Shown: positions 7,740-18,734 of the stretch, one piece after another
Layout: every line of letters starts with the position of its first letter
How positions within the stretch are numbered: the stretch's first letter is position 1
Origin: Bdellovibrionota bacterium
Lineage (GTDB): Bacteria > Bdellovibrionota_C > UBA2361 > JAAYZI01
Length of the DNA stretch: 64,000 nucleotides
Direction of reading: 5' to 3'
Assembly (NCBI GenBank): GCA_050950765.1
Contig: JBMNIF010000002.1
Span: forward strand, 672,001 to 736,000
The notes under the pieces: model-generated
Seen by the model: only the letters and a program-made list of their open reading frames with translations
Told to the model about the DNA's origin: nothing
The model's database searches: none
Translations under genes and position numbers: made by a program

Positions 7740-9626
7740 GTGAACAAAATGAACAGGGAAGAGTTCAATCATCCAGTAAGTGCTAATAATCTTGATTCAA
7801 AAAAAGAAGATATCGAAAACATAAATAACAATCTTCAAGGAGAGAAAAAGAGGAGGATTGCAAAAGTATCAGCGCATCTGATTATCTTGCTAATGGTATT
7901 AGCTGCGGCGTTATTAGTAACTTCATGTAGCGATAAGGCAAATAATTGCCCATTAAAGAAAGAGGAAGTTAGACTTGATGAGATAAAGCTTAGCTCTGAA
8001 GAATTAAATGCCTGCATCGCTCTGGCAGAGAAGGGAAATGTAGTTGTTCAATTAAATTTAGGTAATGTATATCTGCGAGGGCACGGAGTTCCAAAAGATT
8101 TTGTAGAGGCGATTAAATGGTACAAAAAAGCAGCAGATCAAGGAGATGCTAACGCTCAATTTAATTTAGGCGTTATATATAGTGACGGGAAGGTGGTTTC
8201 TCAAGATCTTGCAGAGGGGCTTAAGTGGCTTAGAAAAGCAGCTGACCAAGGATATGCTTTTGCTCAAAATAATTTGGGCTATATGTATGAAAATGGATAT
8301 GGAGTTTCTCAAGATTATAAAGAAGCAGTTAAGTGGTATAAAAAGGCAGCGGATCAAGGATGCGCTCCCGCACAGTTCGGTTTAGGCAATATGTATGGTG
8401 AAGGAAGGGGAGTTCCTCAAGATTATAAAAAAGCAGTTAAGTGGTATAAAAAGGCAGCGGATCAAGGAGATGCTCTTGCTCAAAACATTTTAGGCATTAT
8501 GTATGCTGAAGGACACGGAGTTCCTCAAGATTATAAAGAAGCAATTAAGTGGTATATAAAGGCAGCGGATCAAGGATTTGCTTTAGCTCAAAACGCATTA
8601 GCTAATATCTATTTTTTAGGGCAAGGAGTCCCTCAAGATTATAAAGAGGCGCTTAAGTGGCTTAGGAAAGCAGCTGAACAAGGTGAGGGAGAGGCTCAAA
8701 ATAATTTAGGCTTTATGTATAAAAATGGGCATGGAGTTCCTCGTGATTATAAAGAAGCAGAGAAATGGTTTCGTAAAGCGGTTGAACAAGGGAATGTTGC
8801 CGCACAATCCAATCTAGGTGTTATGTATCTAGAAGGGGAGGGAGTTTCTCAAGATTATAAAGAAGCAGCTAAATGGTTTCGTAAAGCGGCTGATCAAGGA
8901 CATATTCCCGCACAACTTCTTTTAGGCAATATGTATCGGCAAGGGATAGGAGCTCCCCAAGATTATAAAGAGGCAGCTAAATGGTTTCATAAGGCAGCTG
9001 AACAGGGAGATGCTGCTTCTCAAAGTAATTTAGGTCTTATGTATCTAGAAGGGATGGGAGTTCCGCAAGATTTTGTAGAAGCAGCTAAATGGAATAGGAA
9101 AGCAGCAGAACAAGGAGCAGATATAGCTCAACATAATTTAGGGGTTGCATATTATAATGGAAATGGTGTTCCTCAAGATTATAAAGAGGCTGTTAAGTGG
9201 TATAGAAAAGCAGCAGAACAAGGATATCCTCTTGCTCAAAATAGTTTGGGCGATATGTATGAAAATGGGCGCGGTGTTAAACAAGATTACAAAGAAGCAG
9301 AGAAATGGTTTCGTAAAGCGGCTGAACAGGGAAACGTTAATGCTCAATTTAATTTAGGTAATATGTATATATCTGGACAAGGCGTTGCAAAAGATTATAA
9401 AGAAGCATTTAAGTGGTTTAAAAAAGCAGCGGAACAAGGAGACCCTCAAAGTGCTTTAAATGTCGGTATAATGTATTTTCAAGGTGATGGTGTAAAGGTA
9501 GATCATAAAGAATCTTTTAAATGGCTTCAATTGGCTAAAAAGCAGAAGAAAGATTCAGGTGTTATGGTAAAAGCGATATATTTTCAGATAAAACACGGAG
9601 ATGTGTTTGATAAATTTAATGAATAG
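7740..9626 (+). CDS. Sel1-like repeat protein (14 repeats), probably membrane-anchored or lipoprotein
   Basis: 14 tandem 36-aa repeats AxQGxxxAQxxLGxxYxxGxGVxQDYxEAxKWxxKA. Hydrophobic segment ends in LLVTSC. Start may be ATG 7749. Confidence 0.95.
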   Translation: MNKMNREEFNHPVSANNLDSKKEDIENINNNLQGEKKRRIAKVSAHLIILLMVLAAALLVTSCSDKANNCPLKKEEVRLDEIKLSSEELNACIALAEKGNVVVQLNLGNVYLRGHGVPKDFVEAIKWYKKAADQGDANAQFNLGVIYSDGKVVSQDLAEGLKWLRKAADQGYAFAQNNLGYMYENGYGVSQDYKEAVKWYKKAADQGCAPAQFGLGNMYGEGRGVPQDYKKAVKWYKKAADQGDALAQNILGIMYAEGHGVPQDYKEAIKWYIKAADQGFALAQNALANIYFLGQGVPQDYKEALKWLRKAAEQGEGEAQNNLGFMYKNGHGVPRDYKEAEKWFRKAVEQGNVAAQSNLGVMYLEGEGVSQDYKEAAKWFRKAADQGHIPAQLLLGNMYRQGIGAPQDYKEAAKWFHKAAEQGDAASQSNLGLMYLEGMGVPQDFVEAAKWNRKAAEQGADIAQHNLGVAYYNGNGVPQDYKEAVKWYRKAAEQGYPLAQNSLGDMYENGRGVKQDYKEAEKWFRKAAEQGNVNAQFNLGNMYISGQGVAKDYKEAFKWFKKAAEQGDPQSALNVGIMYFQGDGVKVDHKESFKWLQLAKKQKKDSGVMVKAIYFQIKHGDVFDKFNE

Positions 9627-9632
9627 CGGGGG

Positions 9633-9728
9633 TGTAGAGGGTGTAATAATTTTTGTGTAAAACTAAAAGTTCACTCCCTCTACATACCCTCTTAAAATAG
9701 TAAAATACACAAAATTATTTACACAACC
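9633..9728. repeat. Interleaved inverted repeats; motif also present at 55255-55294
   Basis: tgtagaggg/ccctctaca and gtgtaataatttttgtgta/tacacaaaattatttacac. Confidence 0.6.
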
Positions 9729-10009
9729 AATTTGTGTCTACAAAGCTTTAAAACCCAAACTTTTCTGTAATTTACGTAACTATAAAATAGCAATATTGTT
9801 ATAGCCGATAGAAGTCTTTTAAAAATTAGCGCTAAAAAAGGGGGGACTTTTTTGCTGCTTCGGCATACATATTTAGATATGGAAAAGAAAATAAAAATCC
9901 CCCTGATTGGGCAAGAAAATATCGAGAGAAAAGAAAGGAGTTACGTCTTATCAATGGAAGATATTACCCCTTAACATACGTAAGGGGAGGAGGGGTTTGG
10001 GTTAAAACC

Positions 10010-10507
10010 TTACTTCTCTAAGATCCAAGCCTTACGCCAAGCACCTTTAAAGCGTTCTTGTAAGGTGTCCTCTAAGGCACGCATCTTTTTCCCCTCTTCT
10101 TTCGGTACATCTACATGATCATAACCGAGAAGGTGCAACATTCCGTGCATCAAAAGACGTAAAACCTCCTGCTCTGGAGTTACTTTAAATTTAACGGCTT
10201 GATTTAACGCCGTATCAAGAGAGATCACAATATCTCCCAAAGATCCCCCTTCAAAATCTAAACCATCTTCGCCTTCAAGTTGAGAAAACGATAAAACATC
10301 TGTCGGTTTGTTTTTATTACGATAGATCTTGTTAAGCCTTCTTATCTCTCTATCGTCAGTAAACACTACTCCGACCTCATTAGCTCGTTTAGAAATACCT
10401 TCCGATGAAAGGGAGGTTAAACCGTCTCTTAATAAACGTACGACAACCTCTTTACGCACCACTAGAGTAGGGTGTTGATTCTGAACTTCGACCTTCCACT
10501 GTTTCAT
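10010..10507 (-). CDS. ybeY: rRNA maturation endoribonuclease YbeY
   Basis: PTDVLSF, LGDIVIS, HGMLHLLGYDH. Confidence 0.97.
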   Translation of the reverse strand: MKQWKVEVQNQHPTLVVRKEVVVRLLRDGLTSLSSEGISKRANEVGVVFTDDREIRRLNKIYRNKNKPTDVLSFSQLEGEDGLDFEGGSLGDIVISLDTALNQAVKFKVTPEQEVLRLLMHGMLHLLGYDHVDVPKEEGKKMRALEDTLQERFKGAWRKAWILEK

Positions 10508-10537
10508 TTTTATAAGTTATCCTTATGAGTGGGTTGT

Positions 10538-12115
10538 TTATATACCGAGCCGCTTTAAATCTTCCTGCGGCTTCTGTTTCTCTGCCTTTTCTTCATTTTT
10601 AGCGGGGGGCTCGTCTGTAACGTCTGTGGCTTTTGCTGCCTGTTTCTCTGCTGTCTTTTCTGCCGGTTCAGCATAGGCTATGCGCTGATGATAGATGCCG
10701 TTTAAAACTCGATTAAATGTCTTTGCTATAAAGTGTAAGTCTTTTAAGGTTAATTCACACTCATTTAATTCGCCACTTGCAAAAACTTTATTGATCATCT
10801 TTTGAACCATACCTTGAATGCGGTCAGGGGTAGGATCGGAGATAGTTCTTGAAGCAGCTTCTACACCATCAGCTAACATTAAAATTGCAGCTTCTCTACT
10901 TTGTGGCTTAGGACCAGGATAGGCATAAAGGCTGCGATCTACGGTTGTCTCTGTACCTGTCTCCGCTGTTTCTTTTGTGGCCTTATCGTAAAAATATTCA
11001 ATGAGTGAGGTGCCGTGATGTTGAGCAATAATATCGATAACCGGTTCTGGTAGCTTGTATTTTCTGGCTAAATCGATGCCGTCTTTAACGTGAGACCTGA
11101 TAATTAGAGCTGACATGGAGGTGCTTAATTTATCGTGCCGATTTTCTCCGCCACTTTGATTCTCCACAAAATAGAGCGGTTTCTTTGATTTGCCAACGTC
11201 ATGAAAATAAGCACCGACTCGAGCTAAAACAGAGTTGGCACCGATGGCATCCGCTGCAGCTTCTACCATCATACCGATCACCATAGAGTGATTCCATGTG
11301 CCTGGTGCTGAAAGACTTAATTCCTTTAAAATAGGGTGGTCCAGTGTCGCCATCTCTATTAGACGCATATCCGTAACATAACCACAGAGGTGCTCAACAA
11401 CAGGTGTAATCCCCGTAGCTAAAAAACTACACGCCACACCACCAATTAAAGCAACTAAAAAGGCTATTGATATATGTGCAAAATCAAGGGTGTTGCTTGT
11501 TATTAAAGATGCTATTGCAAAGGGGAAGGAAAAGAGCGCTACATATAAACCTGCTTTGACATAATCTCCACGTGATCTAAAACGACGTAAACTAAGAGAG
11601 GCGGCAAGGTTTGTAATTAAAACAAACGGTATGAAAACTTTGGCATCCGGAAAATAAAATCCTGCAATGATCGATAAGTTTAAAGCAAAGACTAGCGCAT
11701 GACTCATCCCTAAAACTGCTTGGATCAGTAAGCCTCCCATCGCAAACGGAATTAGAAAGAAGAGGATATTTTCACTTAAAACACCACCGAATTCTAAGTT
11801 GTGTAACTGCGTAATGACAGCACCGATAATAAAGCGGGTGATGGCAACAATTCCGATTAAGATAGCAAGTGCACTATGAATAAAGAGGAGATCTTTTAAG
11901 CGTCTGCCATAACTACGGATACTTAAGGTTGCGAAAAAATGGATCGTAAAAAGAGAGATAAATAAGATTAAAACTCGTGCAATAGAGTTTGTTAAAACTA
12001 CTTCAGGTAAAAACTTTCTAAAAGCTAACTCTGCTATAATAGAGCTAAGTAAGCAGACGGTTACGCCATGCCACAATTTTAACGGTTGTTTCCCTATTGT
12101 TATAGTATTTTCCAT
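10538..12115 (-). CDS. 7TM-HD family phosphohydrolase (PgpH-like)
   Basis: Multiple TM helices, then APGTWNHS, YFHDVGK, YFVENQ, QHHGT, YPGPKPQS, LADGVEA. Sits in the usual phoH-HD-ybeY context. Confidence 0.92.
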   Translation of the reverse strand: MENTITIGKQPLKLWHGVTVCLLSSIIAELAFRKFLPEVVLTNSIARVLILFISLFTIHFFATLSIRSYGRRLKDLLFIHSALAILIGIVAITRFIIGAVITQLHNLEFGGVLSENILFFLIPFAMGGLLIQAVLGMSHALVFALNLSIIAGFYFPDAKVFIPFVLITNLAASLSLRRFRSRGDYVKAGLYVALFSFPFAIASLITSNTLDFAHISIAFLVALIGGVACSFLATGITPVVEHLCGYVTDMRLIEMATLDHPILKELSLSAPGTWNHSMVIGMMVEAAADAIGANSVLARVGAYFHDVGKSKKPLYFVENQSGGENRHDKLSTSMSALIIRSHVKDGIDLARKYKLPEPVIDIIAQHHGTSLIEYFYDKATKETAETGTETTVDRSLYAYPGPKPQSREAAILMLADGVEAASRTISDPTPDRIQGMVQKMINKVFASGELNECELTLKDLHFIAKTFNRVLNGIYHQRIAYAEPAEKTAEKQAAKATDVTDEPPAKNEEKAEKQKPQEDLKRLGI

Positions 12116-12127
12116 AATCTTATCGCC

Positions 12128-13120
12128 TTAGTTATCAAACTTTTGATATGCATTGATAATACGAGCCACCAGAGGGTGCCTAATTACATCTTGATCGGAG
12201 AAATAGATCATGCTGATACCTTCAACTCCTGCAAGGATGTTTTCTGCATGAATCAAACCTGACTGTACTCCATTAGGCAGGTCTATCTGTGTAATGTCTC
12301 CTGTCACAACACATTTAGATCCGAAACCTAAACGCGTTAAAAACATCTTCATCTGCCCTTTGGTGGCGTTCTGTCCTTCATCCAGAATTACAAAAGCGTT
12401 CGATAAAGTTCGTCCGCGCATAAACGCTAATGGCGCAACCTCGATCGCTTTACACTCCAGTAGCTCCTCCGCTTTTTCAAAATCAACCATATCATAAAGC
12501 GCATCATAGAGGGGTCTTAAATACGGATTAACTTTATCCGCCATATCACCAGGTAAAAAACCTAACTTTTCACCAGCTTCGACGGCAGGACGACATAAGA
12601 TCAGTTTCTTAACATCCTTTCTCAGTAGCGCCGCCAATCCCATCGCCATCGCCAGATAAGTTTTACCTGTACCAGCAGGACCAATTCCAAAAACTACATC
12701 AGAAGATCTTATAGCATCGATGTAGTGTTTTTGGCACACCGTTTTCGGGGCTATCATGTGTTTGCGTCCACCAACTTTGATATGATCTCGAAAGATATCA
12801 GATAACTTTAAGTTTCTGTTGTCAGATAACATCTTAATGGAGCGTTCAATGTCACCACTAAAAATCTGTTCTCCACGTTGAATAATCTCACTTAACTGTC
12901 GAAGTAGATCAGCTGCTAGTTCTACATCAGCATCAAGCCCTGCAATAGAAAGACCTTTTTCGTGTCTTTTTATCTGTACATCCAAGCGTTTTTCAATTAG
13001 ATGCACATTAACATCATGCTCTCCCATCAAAGTTTGCAGTGTGTTCCCTGTCGTAAACGGTAACACCAACTGTGTAGGTTTGCATTTTGGAGAATTTTTT
13101 ACGCCATTTGTTTTCGCCAT
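12128..13120 (-). CDS. phoH: PhoH family ATPase (YbeZ-like)
   Basis: GPAGTGKT, RPAVEAGEKLGFLPG, FMRGRT, GDITQIDL. Confidence 0.97.
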   Translation of the reverse strand: MAKTNGVKNSPKCKPTQLVLPFTTGNTLQTLMGEHDVNVHLIEKRLDVQIKRHEKGLSIAGLDADVELAADLLRQLSEIIQRGEQIFSGDIERSIKMLSDNRNLKLSDIFRDHIKVGGRKHMIAPKTVCQKHYIDAIRSSDVVFGIGPAGTGKTYLAMAMGLAALLRKDVKKLILCRPAVEAGEKLGFLPGDMADKVNPYLRPLYDALYDMVDFEKAEELLECKAIEVAPLAFMRGRTLSNAFVILDEGQNATKGQMKMFLTRLGFGSKCVVTGDITQIDLPNGVQSGLIHAENILAGVEGISMIYFSDQDVIRHPLVARIINAYQKFDN

Positions 13121-13131
13121 ATGTTACTAAT

Positions 13132-15783
13132 CTACGCTATAAGGTGAAAAACTTTATCTAATGCTTTTTGAATCTGATCTGGAGCAAGTCCACCTGCTTG
13201 AGCAAAATCAGCACGACCTCCTCCCTTACCACCACTTACCTTTGCAGCTTCTTTAACAAGAGTTCCAGCAGAGACCCGTTCGGTCAGATCTGGTGTAACT
13301 CCGACAACTAAGACGGCGGCACCGTTCTGTTCAGCTGCTAATGCCACTACACCTGAAACTATCTTTAAACGTAAACGATCTACCATCGTTCTGAGTGTCG
13401 TTACATCAGGTGCCTCAACTATTGCTGTTAAAACTTTCACACCTGAGGCGGAGCTTTTTACTTGACTTTCAAGGTCTCCCACTACACTGCCAGCAAGTTT
13501 ACTCTTTAATAATTCAATCTCTCTCTCAAGATCCTTAGTCTGATTAAGTATGCTATCAATTTTTGTGACGAGTTGATCAGGTTCTGTTTTTAATTTTTCA
13601 ACAAGGGCATCTCTTACAGAACGTTCTGATAACACCTCTTCAAGCGCAGCTGCTCCCGCTAAACACTCTATACGACGCACTCCAGCAGAGATACCACCAT
13701 CGCTTGCAATTATAATTAGACCGATGTCACCTGTCTGTTTAACATGTGTACCTCCACAAAGCTCTTTTGAATAGCCGTCCATACTAACAACACGTACTTC
13801 AGAGCCGTATTTTTCCCCGAAAAATGCGATAGCCCCACTTTTTTGAGCATCAGCTAAACTCATAATGTCGGTACTAACTGTAACGTTTTTTCTAATCTGA
13901 GCATTAACAATCTCCTGCACCTCTTTTAATTGTGCTGCCGTTGGTTGTTCAAAGTGAGAATAGTCAAAGCGCAAAGTCTTTTCAGAAACTTTTGATCCTG
14001 ATTGCTTAACGTGATCACCTAAGACCTTCCTTAAGGCTGCGTGTAAAAGGTGCGTGGCAGAGTGGTGCGCTGCAATGCGAGCGCGTCTCTCCGTATCAAT
14101 TTTTAAAGATGCTATACTTCCAACATCTTTAGCAGAAACTTCACCACTTACTACTTCACAGATATGTAGGTGGTGTACCTCTTGCACCTTCTGGGTATCG
14201 AGAACTCGTAAAGTTGTGTCACCAAAAACGATAGTGCCACTATCACCGATCTGTCCGCCGCATTCAGCATAAAATGGAGTCTTATCAAAAAGCAAAGAGA
14301 CACGATCTCCTGCTTTTGCAAGGTCTGCACCTGCATTCAAAATAACTTGCGTTATCTTAGAGGTGCTTTCAGAAACTTCATATCCGCAAAATTGGCTAGG
14401 GGCGGCTGTTACGTTTATCGTTTGAAAGACGATGTCTTGAGCTTTTCGATCTTCCCTTGAACGTGCTTTCTGTTCAGCCATAGCTTTTTCAAAGGCAGGG
14501 AGATCAACGCGTTTGGAATAGGCTTTTAAAACATCTTCTGTTAAGTCCAGCGGGAATCCGAAGGTGTCGTGTAGTAAGAAAGCTGTTTTGCCAGAGAAGA
14601 GTTCATCTTCGTGCAACTTCTCTACCTCTTTTTGTAGTAAGTTTAGACCGGATTCTAATGTTTCCTGAAATTTCCTCTCTTCTGCTTGTACTAAACGAAA
14701 GATAAGCTCTCTCTGTTCATTTAATTCCGGAAAGTGTCCACCCATAGTTTTAACAACAGTGGCAGTTGTTTCTATTAAAAACGGTTCTTTAAATCCGAGT
14801 ACCCTACCGTGACGAACGGCACGACGAATTAGTCTCCTTAAAACATATCCACGTCCATCAGCGGCAGGTTGCACACCGTCGGCGATCAGAAAGGCGATAG
14901 CTCTGGAGTGATCGGCAATGACGCGCATCGCCACATCGCGAGCGTAAGGGATATCTGTTTTTAAATCGCGCTCAAGATAGGAAGAGCCATCGTATTTATA
15001 ACCTGAAAGCTCTTCACAACGGGTGATAATATCACGTAAGAGGTCGCAATCATAATTAGCTTTTACGCCTTGCATAATAGCAGCAACACGCTCCAGCCCC
15101 ATGCCGGTATCCACTGAAGGGCGTGGTAAGGGGGGCATCGTTCCATCTGCCGATCTATTAAACTGCATAAAAACTAAGTTCCAGATCTCAAGAAAAGATC
15201 CGTCATCTCGTTTTAAATCATCCTCAGTCTGCGCTTGCGGGTTATCTCCAAGATAGTAATGAATTTCTGAACACGGTCCACACGGTCCTGTATCTCCCAT
15301 AGCCCAGAAGTTATCCTTTTCTCCTAGTCTGACGATACGTTCTTTCTGAATTCCCGTTAGATCGTGCCATAAAGTTGCTGCTTCATCGTCTTGTTCAAAG
15401 ACTGTTACCCAAAGCCGCTCCTTATCCAGTTTTAAAACTTCTGTAATAAACTCCCAAGCAAAAGGGATAACCTCTTTTTTAAAGTAATCTCCGAAAGAAA
15501 AGTTTCCCAACATTTCAAAAAAAGTGTGGTGTCGTGCAGTAACTCCAACGTTCTCAAGGTCATTGTGTTTTCCTGAAATGCGTAAGCATTTTTGTGCCGT
15601 TGTAGCTCGAGTGTAATCACGTTTTTCTGCACCGAGGAAGAGATCCTTAAATTGATTCATCCCAGCATTACTGAAGAGCAAAGTCGGATCGTTGTGTGGT
15701 ACCAAAGAAGAGCTGGCGACGATACGATGCCCCTTTGATTCAAAAAACTTTAAAAACGCTTCTCTAATCTCTGCACCTTTCAT
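13132..15783 (-). CDS. alaS: Alanyl-tRNA synthetase
   Basis: NAGMNQFK, HHTFFEMLGNFS, HSATHLLH, ELCGGTH, GGKGGGR. ATG 15783 chosen for RBS spacing. Confidence 0.99.
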   Translation of the reverse strand: MKGAEIREAFLKFFESKGHRIVASSSLVPHNDPTLLFSNAGMNQFKDLFLGAEKRDYTRATTAQKCLRISGKHNDLENVGVTARHHTFFEMLGNFSFGDYFKKEVIPFAWEFITEVLKLDKERLWVTVFEQDDEAATLWHDLTGIQKERIVRLGEKDNFWAMGDTGPCGPCSEIHYYLGDNPQAQTEDDLKRDDGSFLEIWNLVFMQFNRSADGTMPPLPRPSVDTGMGLERVAAIMQGVKANYDCDLLRDIITRCEELSGYKYDGSSYLERDLKTDIPYARDVAMRVIADHSRAIAFLIADGVQPAADGRGYVLRRLIRRAVRHGRVLGFKEPFLIETTATVVKTMGGHFPELNEQRELIFRLVQAEERKFQETLESGLNLLQKEVEKLHEDELFSGKTAFLLHDTFGFPLDLTEDVLKAYSKRVDLPAFEKAMAEQKARSREDRKAQDIVFQTINVTAAPSQFCGYEVSESTSKITQVILNAGADLAKAGDRVSLLFDKTPFYAECGGQIGDSGTIVFGDTTLRVLDTQKVQEVHHLHICEVVSGEVSAKDVGSIASLKIDTERRARIAAHHSATHLLHAALRKVLGDHVKQSGSKVSEKTLRFDYSHFEQPTAAQLKEVQEIVNAQIRKNVTVSTDIMSLADAQKSGAIAFFGEKYGSEVRVVSMDGYSKELCGGTHVKQTGDIGLIIIASDGGISAGVRRIECLAGAAALEEVLSERSVRDALVEKLKTEPDQLVTKIDSILNQTKDLEREIELLKSKLAGSVVGDLESQVKSSASGVKVLTAIVEAPDVTTLRTMVDRLRLKIVSGVVALAAEQNGAAVLVVGVTPDLTERVSAGTLVKEAAKVSGGKGGGRADFAQAGGLAPDQIQKALDKVFHLIA

Positions 15784-16030
15784 TAACAAATCTCCATAAG
15801 TTACGGCTTTTGATAGTCTCTAATGTATAATCATTTTCTCTTTTTAGAGAGGTGGTTTTGTAATCATTTATTTTAGTACGCTAACTTAGCGCGATTTAAA
15901 ATAAATGTCGATTTTATAAGCGTTGCTCAAGATAAAATTTTAAAAAACTGCTTTTAAAAGTTTAAAAAATAATAAATTAAGCCGATTTTTTTAAGATAAT
16001 TTAAATAAAATTAAGTATATTTAAGGCATT

Positions 16031-16062
16031 AAAAAGGGGAAGCTGAAAAGCCTCCCCTTTTT
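16031..16062 (-). terminator. Intrinsic terminator of groESL
   Basis: aaaaaggggaagct-gaaa-agcctccccttttt hairpin. Confidence 0.8.
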
Positions 16063-16123
16063 AAGTTTTTCTATGAGTGTGGGTAACACAACTGCATAAA
16101 AGTCATAGTGTTTATGACCTCTA

Positions 16124-17782
16124 TTACATCATGCCGCCCATACCGCCCATGCCACCCATACCGCCCATGCCACCCATACCAGCAGCGGCGTTAGCGTTAC
16201 AATTATCAGCCGGTTTATCAGCGATAAGAGCTTCTGTGGTCAACATCAATCCTGCAATGGAGGCTGCATTCTCAAGCGCTGTACGAACAACCTTAGTCGG
16301 ATCGATAATTCCAGCCTTAATCATATCTTCATAGGTATCCGTTGCAGCGTTGTAACCGAAAGCTCCCTTCTCACTACGAACTTTGTTAACAACAACGGCA
16401 GGCTCTGCACCGGCATTCTCTGAGATTGTGCGAATTGGAGCCTCCAAAGCGTCACGAATGATAGAAACACCGAATCTCTGTGCTTCATTATCAACTTTAA
16501 GAGCTTCAAGGGTTTCAATGGCACGTAAGAGAGCAACACCACCACCTGGAACAATGCCTTCTTCAACGGCAGCACGAGTTGCATTAAGAGCATCTTCAAC
16601 ACGTCCTTTTTTCTCTTTCATTTCAATCTCTGTGGCAGCACCGACCTTAATTACTGCAACACCGCCAACCAACTTAGCCAAACGCTCATGCAGCTTCTCC
16701 TTGTCATAGTCTGAGGTTGAAGCTTCAATCTCAGCACGGATTCTAGCTACACGACCTTTAATGTCATCAGCAGATCCAGCACCATCAATGATAGTAGTAT
16801 CATCCTTTGTAACAACGATACGTTTAGCCTCTCCGAGGTCTGCTAAGGTGATGTTTTCCAACTTCACACCGAGATCTTCAGAGATACATTTTCCACCGGT
16901 CAAGGTAGCGATATCTTCAAGCATCGCCTTTCTACGATCTCCAAAGCCAGGGGCTTTTACGGCGCAAACGTTTAAGGTACCACGAATCTTATTAACAACT
17001 AAGGTTGCTAAGGCTTCGCCATCAACATCTTCAGCGATGATTAATAGTGGACGACCCTGTTTTGCAACTTGCTCGAGAACTGGAAGAAGGTCTTTCATAC
17101 TTGAGATCTTCTTTTCGTGAAGGAGGATTAAAGCACCTTCAAGTTCTGTCTCCATTCTCTCTGGATTCGTTACAAAATAAGGAGAGAGGTAACCACGATC
17201 GAACTGCATACCTTCAACAACATCGAGTGTTGTATCGAGACCTTTTGCATCTTCGACGGTAATAACGCCCTCTTTTCCAACTTTCTCCATCGCTTCTGCA
17301 ATAATTTTACCGATCTCTTGATCGTTGTTGGCAGAGATAGTGCCGACTTTAGCGATATCATCTTTACCGGCAGATGGTTTGCTGAGTTTGCGTAGTGATT
17401 CAGTTACTGCCACAACAGCCTTATCAATGCCGCGTTTAAGAGTCATCGGATCGTGACCTGCTGCTACAAGCTTTAAGCCTTCACAGTAAATAGCATCTGC
17501 TAAAACTGTGGCAGTGGTTGTGCCGTCACCGGCGACATCTGAGGTTTTGGAGGCAACCTCTTTCACCATTTGAGCACCCATATTTTCGAACTTGTTTTCA
17601 AGATCGACTTCTTTAGCAACTGTTACACCATCTTTTGTAATTGTCGGAGCGCCGAAGCTTTTTTCAATAACAACATTTCTTCCGCGTGGTCCCATCGTCA
17701 CTTTTACGGCCTTAGCGAGAGTGTGTACACCCTTAAGGATCTCTCCTCTTGCCTCGAGTCCAAAACTTAACTGTTTAGCCAT
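16124..17782 (-). CDS. groL: Chaperonin GroEL
   Basis: [21 protein letters not shown]-terminal GGM repeats. Confidence 0.99.
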   Translation of the reverse strand: MAKQLSFGLEARGEILKGVHTLAKAVKVTMGPRGRNVVIEKSFGAPTITKDGVTVAKEVDLENKFENMGAQMVKEVASKTSDVAGDGTTTATVLADAIYCEGLKLVAAGHDPMTLKRGIDKAVVAVTESLRKLSKPSAGKDDIAKVGTISANNDQEIGKIIAEAMEKVGKEGVITVEDAKGLDTTLDVVEGMQFDRGYLSPYFVTNPERMETELEGALILLHEKKISSMKDLLPVLEQVAKQGRPLLIIAEDVDGEALATLVVNKIRGTLNVCAVKAPGFGDRRKAMLEDIATLTGGKCISEDLGVKLENITLADLGEAKRIVVTKDDTTIIDGAGSADDIKGRVARIRAEIEASTSDYDKEKLHERLAKLVGGVAVIKVGAATEIEMKEKKGRVEDALNATRAAVEEGIVPGGGVALLRAIETLEALKVDNEAQRFGVSIIRDALEAPIRTISENAGAEPAVVVNKVRSEKGAFGYNAATDTYEDMIKAGIIDPTKVVRTALENAASIAGLMLTTEALIADKPADNCNANAAAGMGGMGGMGGMGGMGGMM

Positions 17783-17830
17783 GATAATTTTCCTTTTTAT
17801 ATTTTTACACTTAATTAGATATTAGATTAT

Positions 17831-18133
17831 TTATTTCTCAAGAACACCGTAGACATCATCTTCTTTCATGATGAGGTACTCCTCACCATCGACTTTGATC
17901 TCTTGACCGGAATATTTCCCGAAAATTATGATATCACCAACCTTCACATCCATCGGTCTGATGTTCCCATCTTCTTTGACTTTACCTTTTCCGGCGGCGA
18001 TAACTTTTCCTTGCTGTGGCTTTTCCTGCGCTGTGTCGGGGATGTATAAGCCGGATGCGGTTTTCTCTGTATTATCTAATCGTTTTACTATCAGACGATC
18101 TTGTAATGGTCTGATTTTGCATTCGCTACTCAT
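17831..18133 (-). CDS. groS: Co-chaperonin GroES
   Basis: [28 protein letters not shown] 18133 follows a GGAGG RBS. Confidence 0.98.
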   Translation of the reverse strand: MSSECKIRPLQDRLIVKRLDNTEKTASGLYIPDTAQEKPQQGKVIAAGKGKVKEDGNIRPMDVKVGDIIIFGKYSGQEIKVDGEEYLIMKEDDVYGVLEK

Positions 18134-18734
18134 TATATCTTTTCCTCCAAATAAGCTCCCGCTAAACACAGATTACTCTTTGTTTAAAGGGGATAATTGT
18201 TTTATTGATAACCGTTCACGTCATATCTTTAAAGACGATGCGAATTATCACGTTTGTTCAAAGCGAAGAAGTAGGTCTCCAGTATCAATCCGAATTATCA
18301 AAATTAGCCGGAAAATTATTTTAGGATCCCCTGCCCTCGTCCGTTTCTTCTAAATACCGCACAAAAGGCTTCTGCAAAGAAGGTTGCATTTTGCTTAAAA
18401 TAAATAGCGTATTGCTATAAATTGTAGATAAATCAAATAGTTGTTTTTATCTGACAGAGTACGGTAGTAAAAAATACAAACGTTACATCGCTTACGGCAA
18501 AGCCAATATGCGCACGGTTAGAGACGATTTCAAGGGTGAGACACAAAAAATATGCTCTCACATAGAAATAAAATAGCGTTTTATTTTAAAGAGTTATCGA
18601 AAAACACCCCTTAGAACTGTTTTGTGGTGTCACAGTTTGCGGTCACTTACTCTTTTAGCATATCATTAAGGTTTATGCTTAAATAAAGAGGTCGCTTTTT
18701 TCTTATAAGCGTGTAAGTGAGATAGTTTGAGGAT

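Noticed and set aside
9879..9974. 31-codon ORF MEKKIKIPLIGQ..
   Set aside because: No clear RBS or homology; cannot be distinguished from chance.
16127..16180. Short tandem repeat at the end of groEL
   Set aside because: It encodes the normal GGM tail.
18134..18734. CIRCE element or ncRNA upstream of groES
   Set aside because: No TTAGCACTC-N9-GAGTGCTAA match. Only a weak ttagcata..tatgcttaa and a repeated cgaattatca (18241, 18291), which is insufficient.
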